A DNA stretch of 64,000 bases from Vicugna vicugna (Eukaryota): NCBI GenBank assembly GCA_013265495.1, contig MU062035.1, positions 2,976,001 to 3,040,000 on the forward strand, read 5' to 3'. Under the pieces are notes generated by a model, which worked only from the letters and a program-made list of their open reading frames with translations, searched no databases and was not told where the DNA came from. Both the position numbers and the translations under genes were made by a program. Shown here piece by piece: positions 25,631 to 39,560 of this stretch; the stretch's first letter is position 1, and every line of letters begins with the position of its first letter.

Positions 25631-28600
25631 CCAAAAGCCCTGCTCCTCCCCACTCTGCTGGGGTCAGAGACTCCCGCTGCGAGGTGTCTGTGCCTCCCAT
25701 CTTAGTGGCTCCACCCACCATCAGGTACCTGCTTCCCAGACTTCTGCTACTCCTACTTCAGCAGAAAAACTCCCGCTGCCACCTGCTATTCCCACCAGCA
25801 CCAGAACACTAAAACTCCCCAGGCCCGATGCTCACATCCGAGGAAGGGGTAGCCCCTAGGAGCCCAGGATCCAAGGTCTGAGAAGGCAGCTGGGAACACG
25901 GAGTTTCAAAAACCAAGGAAACCAAGGCAACAAACTTTTCCACACGGGAATATGGATGTCCTGCTCTTGCTGGGCCACAGTTGCTCAAATGTCATCTGAC
26001 AGAGGCACGGAGAACGGAAGGAAGGAGCAGAAACACCCCCAACTGCAAGGTGGCCCCAGAGCGGGGAGAGGAGGCAGGGAGCAGGAGGAAGGCCATCTGC
26101 CAAGCATCCTGGCCGCTGCTGGAGAGGCGCGTGGGCTCTGGGACTGCCACAGGGACGCCAGCCTTGTTTCTCTCTGTAAACTTCTTCCAGACAAGGAGGA
26201 CTGATTAGAAACCTAATTAAAGCTTTTGAAGATTATCTCAGACCCGAAGCAAGGAAGAACACAAAATGCCTTCCTGCCCCACTCCTCCATCCCCCAGACT
26301 CTGGCCTTCATTAAGCTTTGATTTCAATCAATTGCACACCCACTGAAATTAACTTATAAAGCCAATAAATTGCAACCGCATGTTTGAAGGTATTATCTGC
26401 TGCAAGCCAAAAGCCAAGGATCGCAGAGCATGGGGCAAGATGTCTAGCACAGATGGGAGTAATCATCTCTGAAAGAGAGCAGTGCCAGCCCCTTCGGTTA
26501 GAACATCTGGTCTCAGCAGAACCCGGGCGGACAGAGGCAATGGCGAGAGCCAGGGTGAAAGCCAGAGTGGGGAGGGTTTCCTATCTTCTTTGGGAACCTG
26601 AAAACTCAAAAGCACCGATCGTGGAGCTCATGGCAGCCAACTGGCGGCTCACACTGCAAATAAGATGTTTCTCTGGCAGCTGTAAGTGCCTACCCTACGT
26701 CGAAGGCCCCACTGCTAAGTCTCTCCCAAGAAAGATGCATGCTTACGTCAAGTGATTAAGTTTTGTGACTGATGAGCTACCCTAGGCTTGGGCCTAAAAG
26801 GTCCAGACAACTCTGCTGAGAAAGGGGTGATCCTGTGAGCCAGCCACCCAAGAGCTGGCCCCTTCTGTTACTTGTCCCTACTCCCCAGGGGCTAACTGAG
26901 CCAGGCCCACGAATTAGTTAGAAAACCACCCTGGGGTTTGGGAGAGATGTTGACGACCAGGGTGGGATAGCTTGAGGAAGGGAAGTGATGGTGTTCAAGA
27001 CAAGTAGATCATGACCCCGCGCAGCCCCAGCACGCCAGCAAGACGTGCCTGTCGTCTCCGAAGCCTTTTCAGCAGACTATCTTATTCTAAAATCTTATCT
27101 TATTCACAAGGCTGTCTGACTTGTGCTATCAACAGTTGCTTAATAGTTATTCTCTTGGGGAAAACTCGCCGCCATGATCCCTTTCCACAGCTCTGGCGAT
27201 GGCAAAGAAGGAAATCCATAAATGTGGGAGGGCCTGGAGGGTGGGAGGGTGAGAACGTGGCAGGGAGCTGGGAGGAGTGGGGGAAACAAGGAACCGGTGG
27301 GCTTCAAAGGAAGACATGCAACTCACCTCCCTGGGCCCCTACTCACCTCTTGCCCACCTTGGGGAAGGAGTTATGCCCCCAACTGCTGGCACTTTAAAGC
27401 CATGATGGAGAAATGCCAGGCACAGGAGAGGCGGGGGACGGTACATCCCTATCGGGGTCGCAAGCCGGAAGGCCTGCTAGTCAATCCATTCCCGGCCCAG
27501 CTCCCTCACTCTGACCATACTAACCCCATGTGCTGATAATTTATTCTAATTTCCTACAAAGTCAAAACCTTCACAGACCCGGGGATCAAAGCCCAGAGCC
27601 CGAGGACAGAAGCCAAGGCTTTCCCTCAGGATGCTGGGGAAGCAGCTTTTATCTCTCATGGCAGAGAGAGGCCTCTGGGGGCAGCAAGCACAGCCTCTCT
27701 GGAGGGCCTAGGGTGGCTCTAGGCCGCCTGGCCTGGATCAGTCTCCATGTGCTCACTGAAGTCTCCACTCATCTTTTTAAGGAGAACACCAGGAGTAAGA
27801 ACACGGCCGACAGGCCCACGACCAACACAGGAGGAAGGGGAACCAGGAAGCTGTATTCATTCCTGTGCACACAGACATACAACAAAAAACACCCCCAGGT
27901 TTAGCCTTAAGGTGTGAGCCAATGAGGGTGCTGGAGAGGGCAGTGGCAGGAAGGGGCACCTCATGTCTCTGTTTTCTATTTTTCTTTTGTCAAATCTCCA
28001 ACCATTCAGAAGATGAAGACAAATCTGTGTGTGAGCTGAGTTTGGTGCAGCCTTCCTGGTACAGAGCGAGAGTCCTTCCTGCTCACAGTCTTGGAACAAG
28101 AAGTCCCTGAAGGCTCCTTACAGCACAGCACTCACTACAACACAAGGGGATTCTAAGCCCGATGGCTGGAGTCAGGCAGCTTTCAGACATTTGAGGGAGT
28201 CACTGGTCTTAAGGCCAGAACACAAGCCACACCCAGATCTAACTCTGCACTCCATCAGGATCCGGCATTCAGACACACCTGGGCATCAGGGATTAAAGTC
28301 AGGGATAGCACCGGGGATGGGCCTGCTCATCACGGTCCTCAATCCCTGGGGGCGCAGGCCGAGCCCCACTTTGAAGCAGGGCGCCCCGGAGAGTCTGTCA
28401 CTCCCCTTCTCTGGCATAGTGGTCTGGCCGAGGCTCTGAGCACCTCTCGGCAGGCCCAGGACGCAGGCCACCTTCCCTGCCCTTTGGGCAGCAGCTCAGA
28501 CAAGAGCCAGCAGACATGAGGCCACATTAAGGGTGAAGCCTCCCCTCAGAGTGATCTTTGCCTGAGCCCTTCTGTTGACGTGAAAGGAAGGCAGGTGGCA

Positions 28601-29589
28601 GAATCCGTGGAGGAGCCCTGTGGCTTCCTTCACTGGGGTGACAGCCAAAGAGCCTTCCTGCCTACGGGAACAGGTCTCTAATGGGAAGGGGCGGGATGAA
28701 GGGTAACTGCCCCTTCATCCCGTGGAACAATCTGGTCCCTAGAAAACCTGGAGTAACCACTGGCCGGTGCTGCTCAAGGCAGAGACAGGGCCTCTGAGCC
28801 CCTGGCTGACCTACCTCTGCTCCGGAATCACGGGGAGAGGAGTTCAGGCTCTGGGCCCTACCAAGGTCATTGACATGGCCGCCAACAACTCTCGGGGCAC
28901 TGTGACAACGGTAACTTCCGGAGGTGAGTGAGGGACCAAGACAGGGGAGGGAGGGAGGAAGAAAAAGGAGACTTGATTCATAATCATTAGGCCAGAAACG
29001 AGCTGGCTCATCGTGTGTGGTCCAGCTGGGAAAATGCTCCTCACTTACGGCCTCAGTGGAGTGTCCTCAGAACTCTGATAAAACTGGGTGCTTTGAAACT
29101 GAAGACTGGCTGCCCAATGACAGCTCTAACTGCCATCCCTTGGTGGCCTGTGGCTGCTGTCACACGGGGAGAACTGAGCCCCCCTGCGTCCCTCACATAC
29201 TGGGGAATGAAGGGCCTCCTGCCCGTCCTGTGGGTGCCACCAGAGGCCTTGCACCCTCTCCTCCCCCTGTGAAGAGCACACTGATGCTGCTGGGGACAGA
29301 ATGGAAACCCCTGGCTGGCACTCCACTCTACAGACTGTACCAGAGCCTTAGGGTCTGGCTTGTCCAGTTAGAATCCCACTGGGAGCAGGAAGCTGTCCTG
29401 TCACCACCTCCCAACCTCCCCGCAGGTCAGCTCACCTGTGTAGGCCCAGGCCCAGGCACAAAGAAACACAGGTCATTAAGGCTTCAAAGCCACCTTCAAA
29501 GTGGACATCTGCCCAGGCCAAGGAGCCTTCTCAGGAGGCAGTGCAGAGTTCGACCCAGGGTACCAGCCCCAGCTCTCGCTGTTTTCTAG

Positions 29590-29710
29590 CAGGTTAACCT
29601 GCTTGAGAACTTCTCTGAGCACCGCTTTCATCATCTGTTAAATGAGGAAACTCCCACTTACCCACAGTCACTGTAAGGATCGGGGCACACACCTAAGACT
29701 GACCACGTGT
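29590..29710 (+). mobile_element. MIR fragment
   Basis: aacttctctgagcaccgctttcatcatctgttaaatgagg. Confidence 0.6.
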
Positions 29711-30084
29711 CATTATACGTGAGAACCAGCGAGACAGGAGAAGGAAGGAAGGAAGGAGCAAAGGCGACACTGGACTCGTCCCCAGGTCTGGTTCCAAATG
29801 GCAGCACAAGGCAACATGTCTCCATCACTTTATTTAGGAAATCACAACCCAAAGGTTTAAACCTATAGGAAATTAGAACTAGCCTCATTCTGATCCCTGG
29901 AGAATCCAAGAGCTGCCCTGCCCTGGAGCCGCCAGCACAAGCCGCCTTCTGCCCGGACTGTTCCTTCCCCGCCCAGCATCAGACCAGCTCCAGTGTCAGC
30001 TCCCTGAGAGGCATCCCCCACCCCTGCACTTAAAGTCCCCAGTCGCTCCCTGTCCCATCACCCTCCACGACACCGACCTGTTTG

Positions 30085-30215
30085 CACTCATTTGTCTTCC
30101 CACAGCGGACACAGCAGGGACCTGGTCGGCTGGATTCAAGGCTGGAGCCCTAGCACTTGGTGAGCACCTGGCTCGTGGCAAATACTCAAAATGCTGGTCC
30201 AGTAAGTGAATAAAT
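30085..30215 (+). mobile_element. L2 3' end fragment
   Basis: gcagggacctgg...ccctagcac...cacctggctcgtggcaaatactcaaaatgct...gaataaa. Confidence 0.55.
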
Positions 30216-30257
30216 TTTGGACGCTGGAGTGAAAAGGATGATTTTATATAAAATACA

Positions 30258-30450
30258 TTTCTGGCTGTGTGACCCTGGGCAAGTGACCTCACCTCTCTGA
30301 ATCTGTTGACTCACTTATAACAAGGGGATAATCCTCTGGCACAGGCTGACATGAGGATGAAATGGGGTAAGAGCGCAAGGCGGTTAATGCCGTGCTCACA
30401 GGCACTGGCTGGTAACGGCTGTCATCTTCGCTGCTATTTTAGCATCAATA
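30258..30450 (+). mobile_element. MIR
   Basis: ggctgtgtgaccctgggcaagtgacctcacctctctgaatctg...tgaggatgaaatg. Confidence 0.8.
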
Positions 30451-30687
30451 TTATCACTATCACATGAAACTGATTACATTTAGGAATGCTTATTTAGTAG
30501 TGGGATTGGCTTCTTGCCAAATGGCTGAGTAATAGACCAGAGACAACAGCAACGAGACAGACTTCTCAGCATCCCTGAAGGAGGAGCTATTCTGCAGCAG
30601 GGTGAAGTTCTAGATGGAAGAACTCTTTAAACACTAAAATTTATTCCAACTGTGAACATCAAGAATTTGTGGAAACTTCAGGAAAAT

Positions 30688-30870
30688 ATGGGCTCAAATC
30701 CTAGATCTTCACCCTTATGTCCTGTGGTGAGTCATTTAGACTCTCGGAACCTGTTTCCTCGTCTGTAAAGAAGGGAAAATCATCTCCCCCAGAGGTTCTT
30801 GAAAGGATTAAAGATAATGTCTGTAAAATATTGGCACGTGATAGATACTGAAGATAAAGCTGATTCACAC
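30688..30870 (+). mobile_element. MIR
   Basis: gggctcaaatcctag...gtttcctcgtctgtaaagaagggaaaatc...aggattaaagataatg. Confidence 0.8.
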
Positions 30871-31129
30871 AGCTGATGCATTCAGGGGAGACTGAAATGT
30901 TCGGGGCCATTTGTTTGGGGCTTCCTCAGAGCTGTGTTTTTGCTTAAGTGTCGTGGGGTTGTTTGTTTGTGTGTCAGATTGAGAGGTGTCCCTTTTCCTC
31001 CAGAACCAGCTTCGAAAGGAAATTCTCTGTTGAATGTGCTATATCAAATCTGCTGAGAACTCAACAACCACTCCAACCGTCGGCACGACGGAGACCTGCA
31101 GTTCCTGTTCGAAGTGGAACAACACCTGC

Positions 31130-31285
31130 TTTCGGACAACAGCTCAAGAACTGGTTTTATACTTTTAAAGGATGCTATATATACACATGAAAGAACAAAG
31201 AGAAAGTGAGAGAGACTTACGTGGCCTGCAAAGCCTAAAATGTCTACTCTCTGGCCCTTTACAGAAGTGTTTGCCAAGCCCTCCC
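31130..31285. mobile_element. MER58-like hAT-Charlie element
   Basis: gtggcctgcaaagcctaaaatgtctactctctggccctttacagaagtgtttgcc matches the MER58 terminus. Confidence 0.8.
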
Positions 31286-31711
31286 CCGAATGACTGAACT
31301 TGTACTAAGGTAGCATCGCGTACGTTAACAGTTGTGCTGAGTTTTCAGTGTAGAACTTAACTAACAATGCGATTTCACTGACTAAGAGAACAGTGCTTCA
31401 GAGGATGAGGCTTCTCTGGAGCCTTTCCCTGCAAGGCTGATGAGGTGGCCACCCTCTGTGATGGTGCAGCAGAAAGGGGAAGAATCTAAGGAGACCCAGC
31501 GAAAGCACTTTCCAAAGCCGCGGCTGAGGCCCCCGACAACTCAGCAGTCAGCAAAATGCGAGCTCGGAGAGGGGCAGCCTAAGCCCCACTGTTTAAGGAC
31601 CTCGACTCCTCCTGCCCAGCGACAGGTCCGGAAGCAGGGCCTTGAGCCCCAGGTGAGGAGTCAGGACGTGCCCTACAGCAGAAAACCAGAGGGGCCTCGG
31701 GGGACGGAAAC

Positions 31712-31880
31712 AGCTGGGTTTGATTCCTCACTCGGCCGCCTGCCTTGGACAGAAATACCTTAACCTTCATGAGCTTTCGTTTCTTTGTCTGAAAAATGGG
31801 GACTAAAGTGGCGACCACGTTTGTGAGGAGTGGAGACAACGTACATGAAATGCCCGGCACTGAGTTCTGCGCAAGGTGTT
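31712..31880 (+). mobile_element. MIR
   Basis: gggtttgattcc...ccttaaccttcatgagctttcgtttctttgtctgaaaaatgggg...gtacatgaaatgcccggcac. Confidence 0.7.
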
Positions 31881-32141
31881 CAGCCCCAGCAGCACTGCTG
31901 TGACGATGAAGCAGGCGAAGAGTGCCGCCTGGGCAGGCCAGCACCTTAGCACCCAGCCACCTGCGACGGACCTGATGACCACGCTAGCGCCCAGTACCGT
32001 GCTGTGGGTGCTCAGAACTTTTACATGTTAGGCAAGCCAGGGGGCAGGTCCGCGGGAGACTGCCTGGCCCGGTCGTGGTCCCGTCTGTGATTTACGTATG
32101 GACAAGGTGAGAGCGGCAAGGCAGAGGGCGCGTGTGACTCA

Positions 32142-32429
<288 letters not shown>

Positions 32430-32650
32430 TCACTCAGACTCCACCAGACCTGGGTATGAGCCCCGGGTTCCACCTCCCACCAGCTGCGGATTTCTGACAG
32501 GTGTCTTGACTTCTCTGCACCTCCCTTTCTTCATGTGCAAACTGAGGCTACTATTTGCTACCCACAGGGCTGTTCTGAGGAGCAAAGAAGAAAAGTACAT
32601 CAAATGTCTAGACCAGAGACTGGCACACAGTAAGTGTTCAACAAATGTGA
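32430..32650 (+). mobile_element. MIR (near full length)
   Basis: cagacctggg...cttctctgcacctccctttcttcatgtgcaaa...ctacccacagggctgttctgaggag...ctggcacacagtaagtgttcaacaaatgt. Confidence 0.85.
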
Positions 32651-33967
32651 CTTCTCACCCTTTTCCCAATTTTCTTTTGTTTCACCGTTGTACTGATCAA
32701 CAGACGCCCTCTCTCCTCCCTGACCTGCTGGCAGCTCTGGAGAAACTTTTACTTCTCGAACACCTTCTCACACAATTAAGGATTAAGAAGAGAGCTGTCA
32801 GTTATGGAAGCAGGTGAGAGAGCTAGCCCCACGGGGAAAGGCTGATCACACGTAAGAAAGCCTGAGTTCTCCCGTGAACAGAGGACAGCTCTCCAGCCTC
32901 CGGGGACGGTGCACACACACAAGCTGCTAAGTAATGAGAACCAGCCTCACTTTTTCCAGCCCAAGAACTTGCTGCATTTTTAAAAAATGTATTCTGGCAC
33001 ATCAGGAAAGCATTTAATCACAGAGAGTACTGGAAAGGGGGCTATAAGGGAAATACCTACTCATTAATTCCTACAGGTGGAGTTCAGAGAAAGAATTAAA
33101 AAGGCGAGAGAGGAAAGAACAGGAGAGGGCAATATGGGAGTTCAGACTTTTGGGCACAAACACCTCGATGTGTCCACCGTAGGAAACCCCACTACTTTTC
33201 CTGGGTTCCCTTCCTGACGACAGCACTTCACATCACTGAGGACTCGAAAGAACCTTTTGATTTGGGATTGATGGTAAGGAAGAAAAAGGTATCACCATCT
33301 CCTGGACCCCAGTTTTAACCAATTTCGTGCACAAACATCCTTCTTGGATGCCTGGCACCTACATCAGCAAATCACGTCAAGGAGGCTGGGCGTCTTCTCT
33401 GAGTCGCCCTCAGGCAGGGGTCCTGGCTCTCTCGGCTACTGGTCCACAAAGGGAAGTAGGGGGAGAGTCACTGTGCTTGGTGTCCCTAAAGGGTCTCCAG
33501 GCAGCAGCTGCCCTGGCCACCTCAAAGCAGAAGGTGCCTGGAAACCCTTCTCTCCAAGCCAACTGTTCCCCGACCCCACTCACCAGTGTTCGTAGAGACT
33601 TTGCAACCATAGGGGGAAACGCTCCCTGCTGCCCTGTGGCCAGCAGCCAGCTCCTGTGGTCACATCAGACCAGACACAGGCCACAGGAGAGTCGTGGGAC
33701 AAGCAGGACCCCACCTGGCTTGCAGGGCAGGTGTGAAGCCAACACCGGGCTAGCCCTCCCTCCAGAGGCCTCTCCCTCCTCGAGCAGGGCTGACCTGTGT
33801 GTTCTCATTGTTCTCATCTCTCAAAACAGGGCTGCCCGACAGAACTTTTCAAAACAAATGTTCTGTCTCTGCGCTGTCCACCAGCTTCATGCGGCTCCTG
33901 AGGACTTGTGTGACTGAGGATCTGGATTTTTAATTTTATTTAATTTGAACTGATTTAGACAATCAAC

Positions 33968-34075
33968 TTTAGAACCTAAGCTCCAAGAGGGCAAGAGTCT
34001 TGTCTGTCTTGCTCTCCGCTGTTTGCTCAGCACCTGGAATAGTGCCCGGCACTCAACCACATGCTCATTAAAATT
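33968..34075 (+). mobile_element. L2 3' end
   Basis: taagctccaagagggcaagagtcttgtctgtcttgctc...cacctggaatagtgcccggcac. Confidence 0.85.
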
Positions 34076-35589
34076 TTAAAAAAGTAGAAAAATGGATGGA
34101 TTACTGCACACCCGCCTGCAACCCCCAACACAAAGCAGAAGTAACCACCCTCCGCCTCCCCCTCACCCCCACACAGATGTTGATTCTTGCAGCTGTCACA
34201 TCCCCGCGCCCTGCCCTGGCCCTCGCGCCGCAGCGCCCGGCACCGAGCTTGTGGGCACTAAGTGAAGCCTCACGGCGTGGGGTGGGGAGGAAAGGGTGCA
34301 GAGCAACTCTGCTGGGGCCCCTCAAACCGACAGAGATGGAGCAACTTTCTGCAGAGGGACACCTAAGCATAACAAACAAACAAATTAGCAAAGACCTCTC
34401 AGCAGACCCAGAGACAGGGATGGAGCTGCAGAGTGCTGTCACCACCAGCACCATTTATTTGTAAACTAGGCCTGCTACCTCCACTCACAAGGGGAGTGGA
34501 AAGGAATCCAAGCATGTGGATCTCAACTCCCCACCTCCCCTGCGGCCCCCAGACTCCCCTCAGCCACTCAGAGGTCAGACTTGCGTTTCCACAGCTCCAT
34601 GGCCAGTGCTGTCCTGGGGGCCCGGGCGACCCACCCCAACTGGCTTCCATTTAAAGGCGACCTGATTCGACACGAAGAGCCCATCTCTCTCGACAACTGG
34701 GGGCCTGGAATTTTCGAGAAGCCTGTAACTCACATCGCTCCTGGCTCACAGACGACAGCATTTCAAGCCGTTAGCCCTGGAGCCGGGGTAATTGTAGCTG
34801 GGGGAAAAATCATAACATTACCCAGAATATTCTGAGTGGAAGGGGCACTCAGAACACATTTAAGAGCTTAAATGGAGGCCATTTGAAAAAAGACAGATGG
34901 ACAGGAACGCTTAGATTTCAAAAGTCAGGCCTTTCATTTCCCTCAGAGAATGCTTTTTGTTTCAGCTAACAGGTTTCAAACAGTGCTGCTGGCAAACCAT
35001 CACACCATAAGGATCTTATTTAAGCAAACGATCAAACACAGTTAGGACAGAAATGTGTGGAGAAAATCAGAAGACCTTGAAGTTTTATACCAAGAAGAGA
35101 AAAAAGGAAAGCCCTGTGCCTGACACTCCGGGCTCCTCTCCGGCTGAAGTCCCCCAGGCCCCTCTAGGAGCCCCAGGAACGCGGTGGGAGCCAGCCGGCG
35201 GGGCGCCCTGGAGGGGCTGCAGGCACCACACCTCCGGGAAGGCCTGGCCTTGGCGTTGACTGGAAATGATCCCAGCCCTTCCACTAGCTGCTGAGGAGCA
35301 GCTGCCTCACACAGCAAGCCCTGGTTTCCAGGTGGAAAAAGGAAACATGACGACACCAAACAAGACTCAGCTCCAGGACCACCTCTTCCAGGAAGCCTCC
35401 TATGAACCCGGTGCCTGGTGAGGCTGCTTGTCCTTTGGCCATGGGCTTCCTGGCCTGTCGGCCCCCTTAGCACCCTCTCCCCGTGAGGGCTAGGCCTGGC
35501 CCTACGCGCACAAGCGGGACAGCGGCCAAGCCTCATCTATCGCAGGGCACTCTCAGCGCCGCTGTGCTGGGACACACACACCTGCACCT

Positions 35590-36432
35590 GCAGCTCCACC
35601 CGGAGCCCCTGAACTCAGACCACCCACAGCCTCCTTACCCGATATCTCCACTTCCATCCAGCAGGCAGTTTCAACTGTCCCCACACCAGCACCTCCCAGA
35701 GTCTGCCTCACCTCAATACACACTGACCCCACCTTCAGCAGCTCATCCTTCCACACCCTGTCCACCTGCAGACAGTGCTGCACTTTTAAAACCTGAATGC
35801 TTCACTTTTAATACTTACCTCACATTTGACTACTTCTCCCCAGTTCCACTCTAGTCTCCAGTCTGGATCAGGCCAAAATCTATTCTTTCCCTAATGACTA
35901 TCTGAAGCTAGGAAAGGGACGTGATTATAAAATAGTTGTCTTGTCTCTTTTAAAAAGTCACTATTAATTGAATCTTTGTAACTCACTCCAAGTTCTACAC
36001 TGTTCAGCACTTTACACATGCTATTTCTTTTAACCCAAGTGCCCTGTACTAAGTCCTATTACCCTCATCCTGGCCTTGAAGGCCTCCCTGCCGGGCTGAC
36101 TCTGACCAGCTCATCCTCACCCAGGGCCGTTAACGCCAGAACACTGTCCTCCTGGATGAGTGTGGGGACTGAACTTCTTTATCCTCAAATTTCATTTCAA
36201 ACTTGACCACCAACATCAGAGCCTTCCCTGTCTCTGCATCCCACCACTCCCTCCCCTGGTCCTTTGTTATTTCTTCATCCATTCTTCACCATCCACACTG
36301 TTTATGCACTTGCTAACTGCCCGGGTCCTTGACTTGGATACAAGGGGCACCACAGAGTGACTTAGAACAGTGCCTGCCACAGCGAGCACCTGCTCACAGA
36401 GATGTGTAATTAACATTCTGTTGAAAGAACGA
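35590..36432 (+). mobile_element. Fragmented L2 (several pieces ending in the L2 3' tail)
   Basis: gatatctccacttccatccagcaggcagtttcaact near 35640; cttagaacagtgcctgccacag...ctgttgaaagaacgaa at 36360-36432. Confidence 0.55.
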
Positions 36433-36500
36433 ATACTATCATTTCCATTCCATACATGAGGAAACTAAAGATCAGAGACAATAAGCAATTTGTCAAAGTT
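36432..36500 (-). mobile_element. MIR core fragment
   Basis: catttccattccatacatgaggaaactaaagatcagagac. Confidence 0.6.
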
Positions 36501-37104
36501 CCCGTCTGCTACAGGGGGCAGTGCTGACTCCAGCTATGTTTTCCTGCTTTCCTTTCTCAGGCCCACCCCCTCCCCACAAAAAGAATGAGGCTGAAGCCGT
36601 AAGACTCTGCCCAGGTTCTGTGGCCTCTACATAAACCTGAAGTAGACTGTGCTCTTCCTCCATCTCTAAGGCACCGACTACAGCCAACGACCACAGGAAT
36701 ACTAGACTGGTTAAGGGATTCCCAATCTTTTTTAATAGGAAGAACTCCTAGACACCCTCAGAGACCTAGCTCTGACATCCTCTCCTTCGGGAGGTCTTCC
36801 TGGAGTTAACCTCAGCCTTTCCTAGGCTACCCTCACACCCTGAATAAGCCTAGCCCCGGCTGCACGAGTCATGTCTGCTCTAGACCAGTGATGCCCCAGG
36901 GCAGGGACAAATGTCAGCTCAGGTATTCACAGCCCTGGTGTTGATGGAAAGAGAAAGGGAGGGGCAGTGTGTCTGACAGCTTCATCCGCATGCCCTCAAC
37001 CACGCAGGCCCTCCCTGTGCTCAGATCCCACCAGGTGTGCACCCTGTACCCTCCCCTTTGCAGGACTTGATGCGATTGTAACGAAGCAGCTCACTGGTTT
37101 TGAA

Positions 37105-37200
37105 CAACATCCTCCTCCCATTAGACTGTAAGCTCCACCAGGACTTCGGTTCACTGGAGGCACTCCATAAACATCTGTTGGTCGACAGGATGGAAGGGGT
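37105..37200 (+). mobile_element. L2 3' end fragment
   Basis: ctcccattagactgtaagctcc...ggcactccataaacatctgttg. Confidence 0.65.
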
Positions 37201-37316
37201 ACGAGGGAGGGAGGAAGGACGAGCAGAAGGACAAACAGAAAAAGGGCTGATAGGCTGTCAAAGCTCAGTGGTCCTTGGGCTGCTGGCAGAGGTACTGAGT
37301 GGCCTGAGGTACGGTG

Positions 37317-37480
37317 NNNNNNNNNNNNNNNNNNNNNNNNNNNNNNNNNNNNNNNNNNNNNNNNNNNNNNNNNNNNNNNNNNNNNNNNNNNNNNNNNNNN
37401 NNNNNNNNNNNNNNNNNNNNNNNNNNNNNNNNNNNNNNNNNNNNNNNNNNNNNNNNNNNNNNNNNNNNNNNNNNNNNNNN
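37317..37480 (-). other. CAPZB: Assembly gap (164 N), probably concealing CAPZB exon 3 (VPSLCEDLL...RDGDSYR, 122 nt in human)
   Basis: Exon 3 not found elsewhere by eye. Gap is about 5 kb upstream of exon 4. The minus-strand flank reads gtgttatTTTAACccatgttctg (branch-point-like) straight into the gap. Exon content is inferred, not seen. Confidence 0.65.
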
Positions 37481-39449
37481 CAGAACATGGGTTAAAATAA
37501 CACATCAAACCCAGGTCGGCCAACGGCAACTGGAGCCACACCGTGGTCAGCGTACTGAACATCTGGCCCTTGGTACCCTGCCAGGATTATGGGCTTGTTC
37601 CTTTCTTTTCCACATGTTTCTGACACCAACTGTGTCCCTCTGTAAAGAAACTTGTTCTTGAATTACAGGGGAGCGTGATTTCCAATACAGCCTTCCTTCC
37701 AAACTGCGTGCAGCTTTAATTACCTGGCCGCCGGGGTGGTCTAGCACATTTAAGTACATATGTGCTTGGTGTTGGTCTCTGGTGGGCAAAGTACAAGCTG
37801 AAGTCCTGAGAAGAAGGTAAACATCTGAAATACACAGGAACCCAAAGAACCGGGGAAGAATAACCCACCCAAGCGGGAGGACTCGCACAGGCTCCCGTGC
37901 TGGGTGGAGTTTCCAACGCTTTCCAGGCCCCCGGCCGAGCACTACCAGGTTGCCTTGTGGAGTCTACCCTACCTGCTGCAAAGGCAGTGCCGCCCAGCGC
38001 CCCCAGCGCCGAGCTCCGGTTCTCAGGTTGACCCCGGGCCCCTGGCTGAGGCGGCGGCCCTGGGGGTGCGGCAGGCAGGGCTGAATCCCCGGGCAAACGC
38101 TGCTGAATCTGACACACAGCCCTGCTAGTAACTAGGCCCCTGGCCTCCTGCTCCCAACTCAAACATCAATTTCCACCAAAATATTCCAGGAAGGGATGGC
38201 AGTGCTCTCAGAAATGGATTCTTTCAGGCTTGAGTCACTTCCATGCTATATTTTCAATGTGCTGACTTACTCGTTTCACGGGCCTGGGTTTACGAAGGCC
38301 CCACCATATCATTTACCAGACAAGTGGCTGCCAACTGCACCAATAACCCTTCCAAATGGAAAAGTTAAGTCATGTGGCAGAGGCACCCAGAAGGGCAGCT
38401 CCGCAGAGGGGCTGACAGCTACAGCAGTGTCTGTGCCTCCAGAAGACCCACACCGCCAGCAGGAGGACATGGCTGGGGAGCACCGCCACCTCGGACACTA
38501 CCCAGCCTCCGTGGGCTTTCTCGAGTCATCTCTGCCGACCATGAGGGGCTTCAGAACTCAGCCTGGAAGGCACTGTCTGACACAACTGTAAGATGGTTCC
38601 CCTGCCTTGTGGCTCACATAAATGCTGGCCTCAGGGACATGATCAGTTTCTCATACAGGGAGTAGCACCAGCCCCCCAGAAATGCACACACCATTAACCC
38701 CACAAGGTGTTTATTTCAGAATTCCTCCTTCTTGATGCAACAATCACCTGTGTACCCACCTCACCAGACAAACAAAAAAAAACCACACAAATAAAAATGG
38801 GGTTATTTACAATTAGTTTTGGTGATGAGAGTATCACCCCCTCCCATTTCCAAGGGGCTATTGTGGCTCATGCACTATGCTAGGCCCTTTGTATGGGCAC
38901 ATTGTCTACTTAAAGCTCACACGCATCTCATGAAGTAGTTATGTATTGATTACAGATTACAGAACTGAAACCCAGAGCCACTAAGTTACCCAAGGTCCTC
39001 ACAAGAAGCAAGCAGTAGAGACAGAAATCTCCCCCTCGGACCGCCGGAACTCTGGTTTGGTAGACAGCTAAGAAGACTGGGCACACCAAAGGCACACACT
39101 GATGGCATAGACCCCACCCTCCCACCCCCACCCCTGCTCAGCTATGGATGGCCACAGACCCCTTCACCTGGAAAAAAGTCCAGATCAACGCAGGGAAGAT
39201 TTTAACAGCTTCCACCGAAGGCAGCTGGGATTTGAAGTAGTCTTGCTCTCCTGTCATTGGCCAAGTGAATGGCCCTGGGCGATATGCCTGCCTGTCACGT
39301 TACAGCCCTTCCTTGGCATCTCCATTCTGTTGGACTGCTACCTTGGCTTACCTGTTGGGCCCTGACTTTTGCATAGAACCTCATTCAAACTTGTAGAGGC
39401 CCTGACACTATTGGCCTAATTTATCCTGGATTATAGAAAAGACCAAGCC

Positions 39450-39560
39450 AACAGGCTCTGAAGTTAGACTTCCTGATTCCACTACTTACTGGCCTTCTGG
39501 AAGGGCAAGTCCCTTTACTGCTCTATCAAGACTCACATCCACACCTGTAAAGAGGGGATA
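39450..39560 (+). mobile_element. MIR fragment
   Basis: ggctctgaagttagact...ccactacttactggcc...gggcaagtc...ctgtaaagaggggataatg. Confidence 0.65.

Noticed and set aside
32107-32125. CTCF-like GCAGAGGGCGC just inside intron 4
   Set aside because: Lacks the upstream CC of the core motif; a partial match alone does not support a call.
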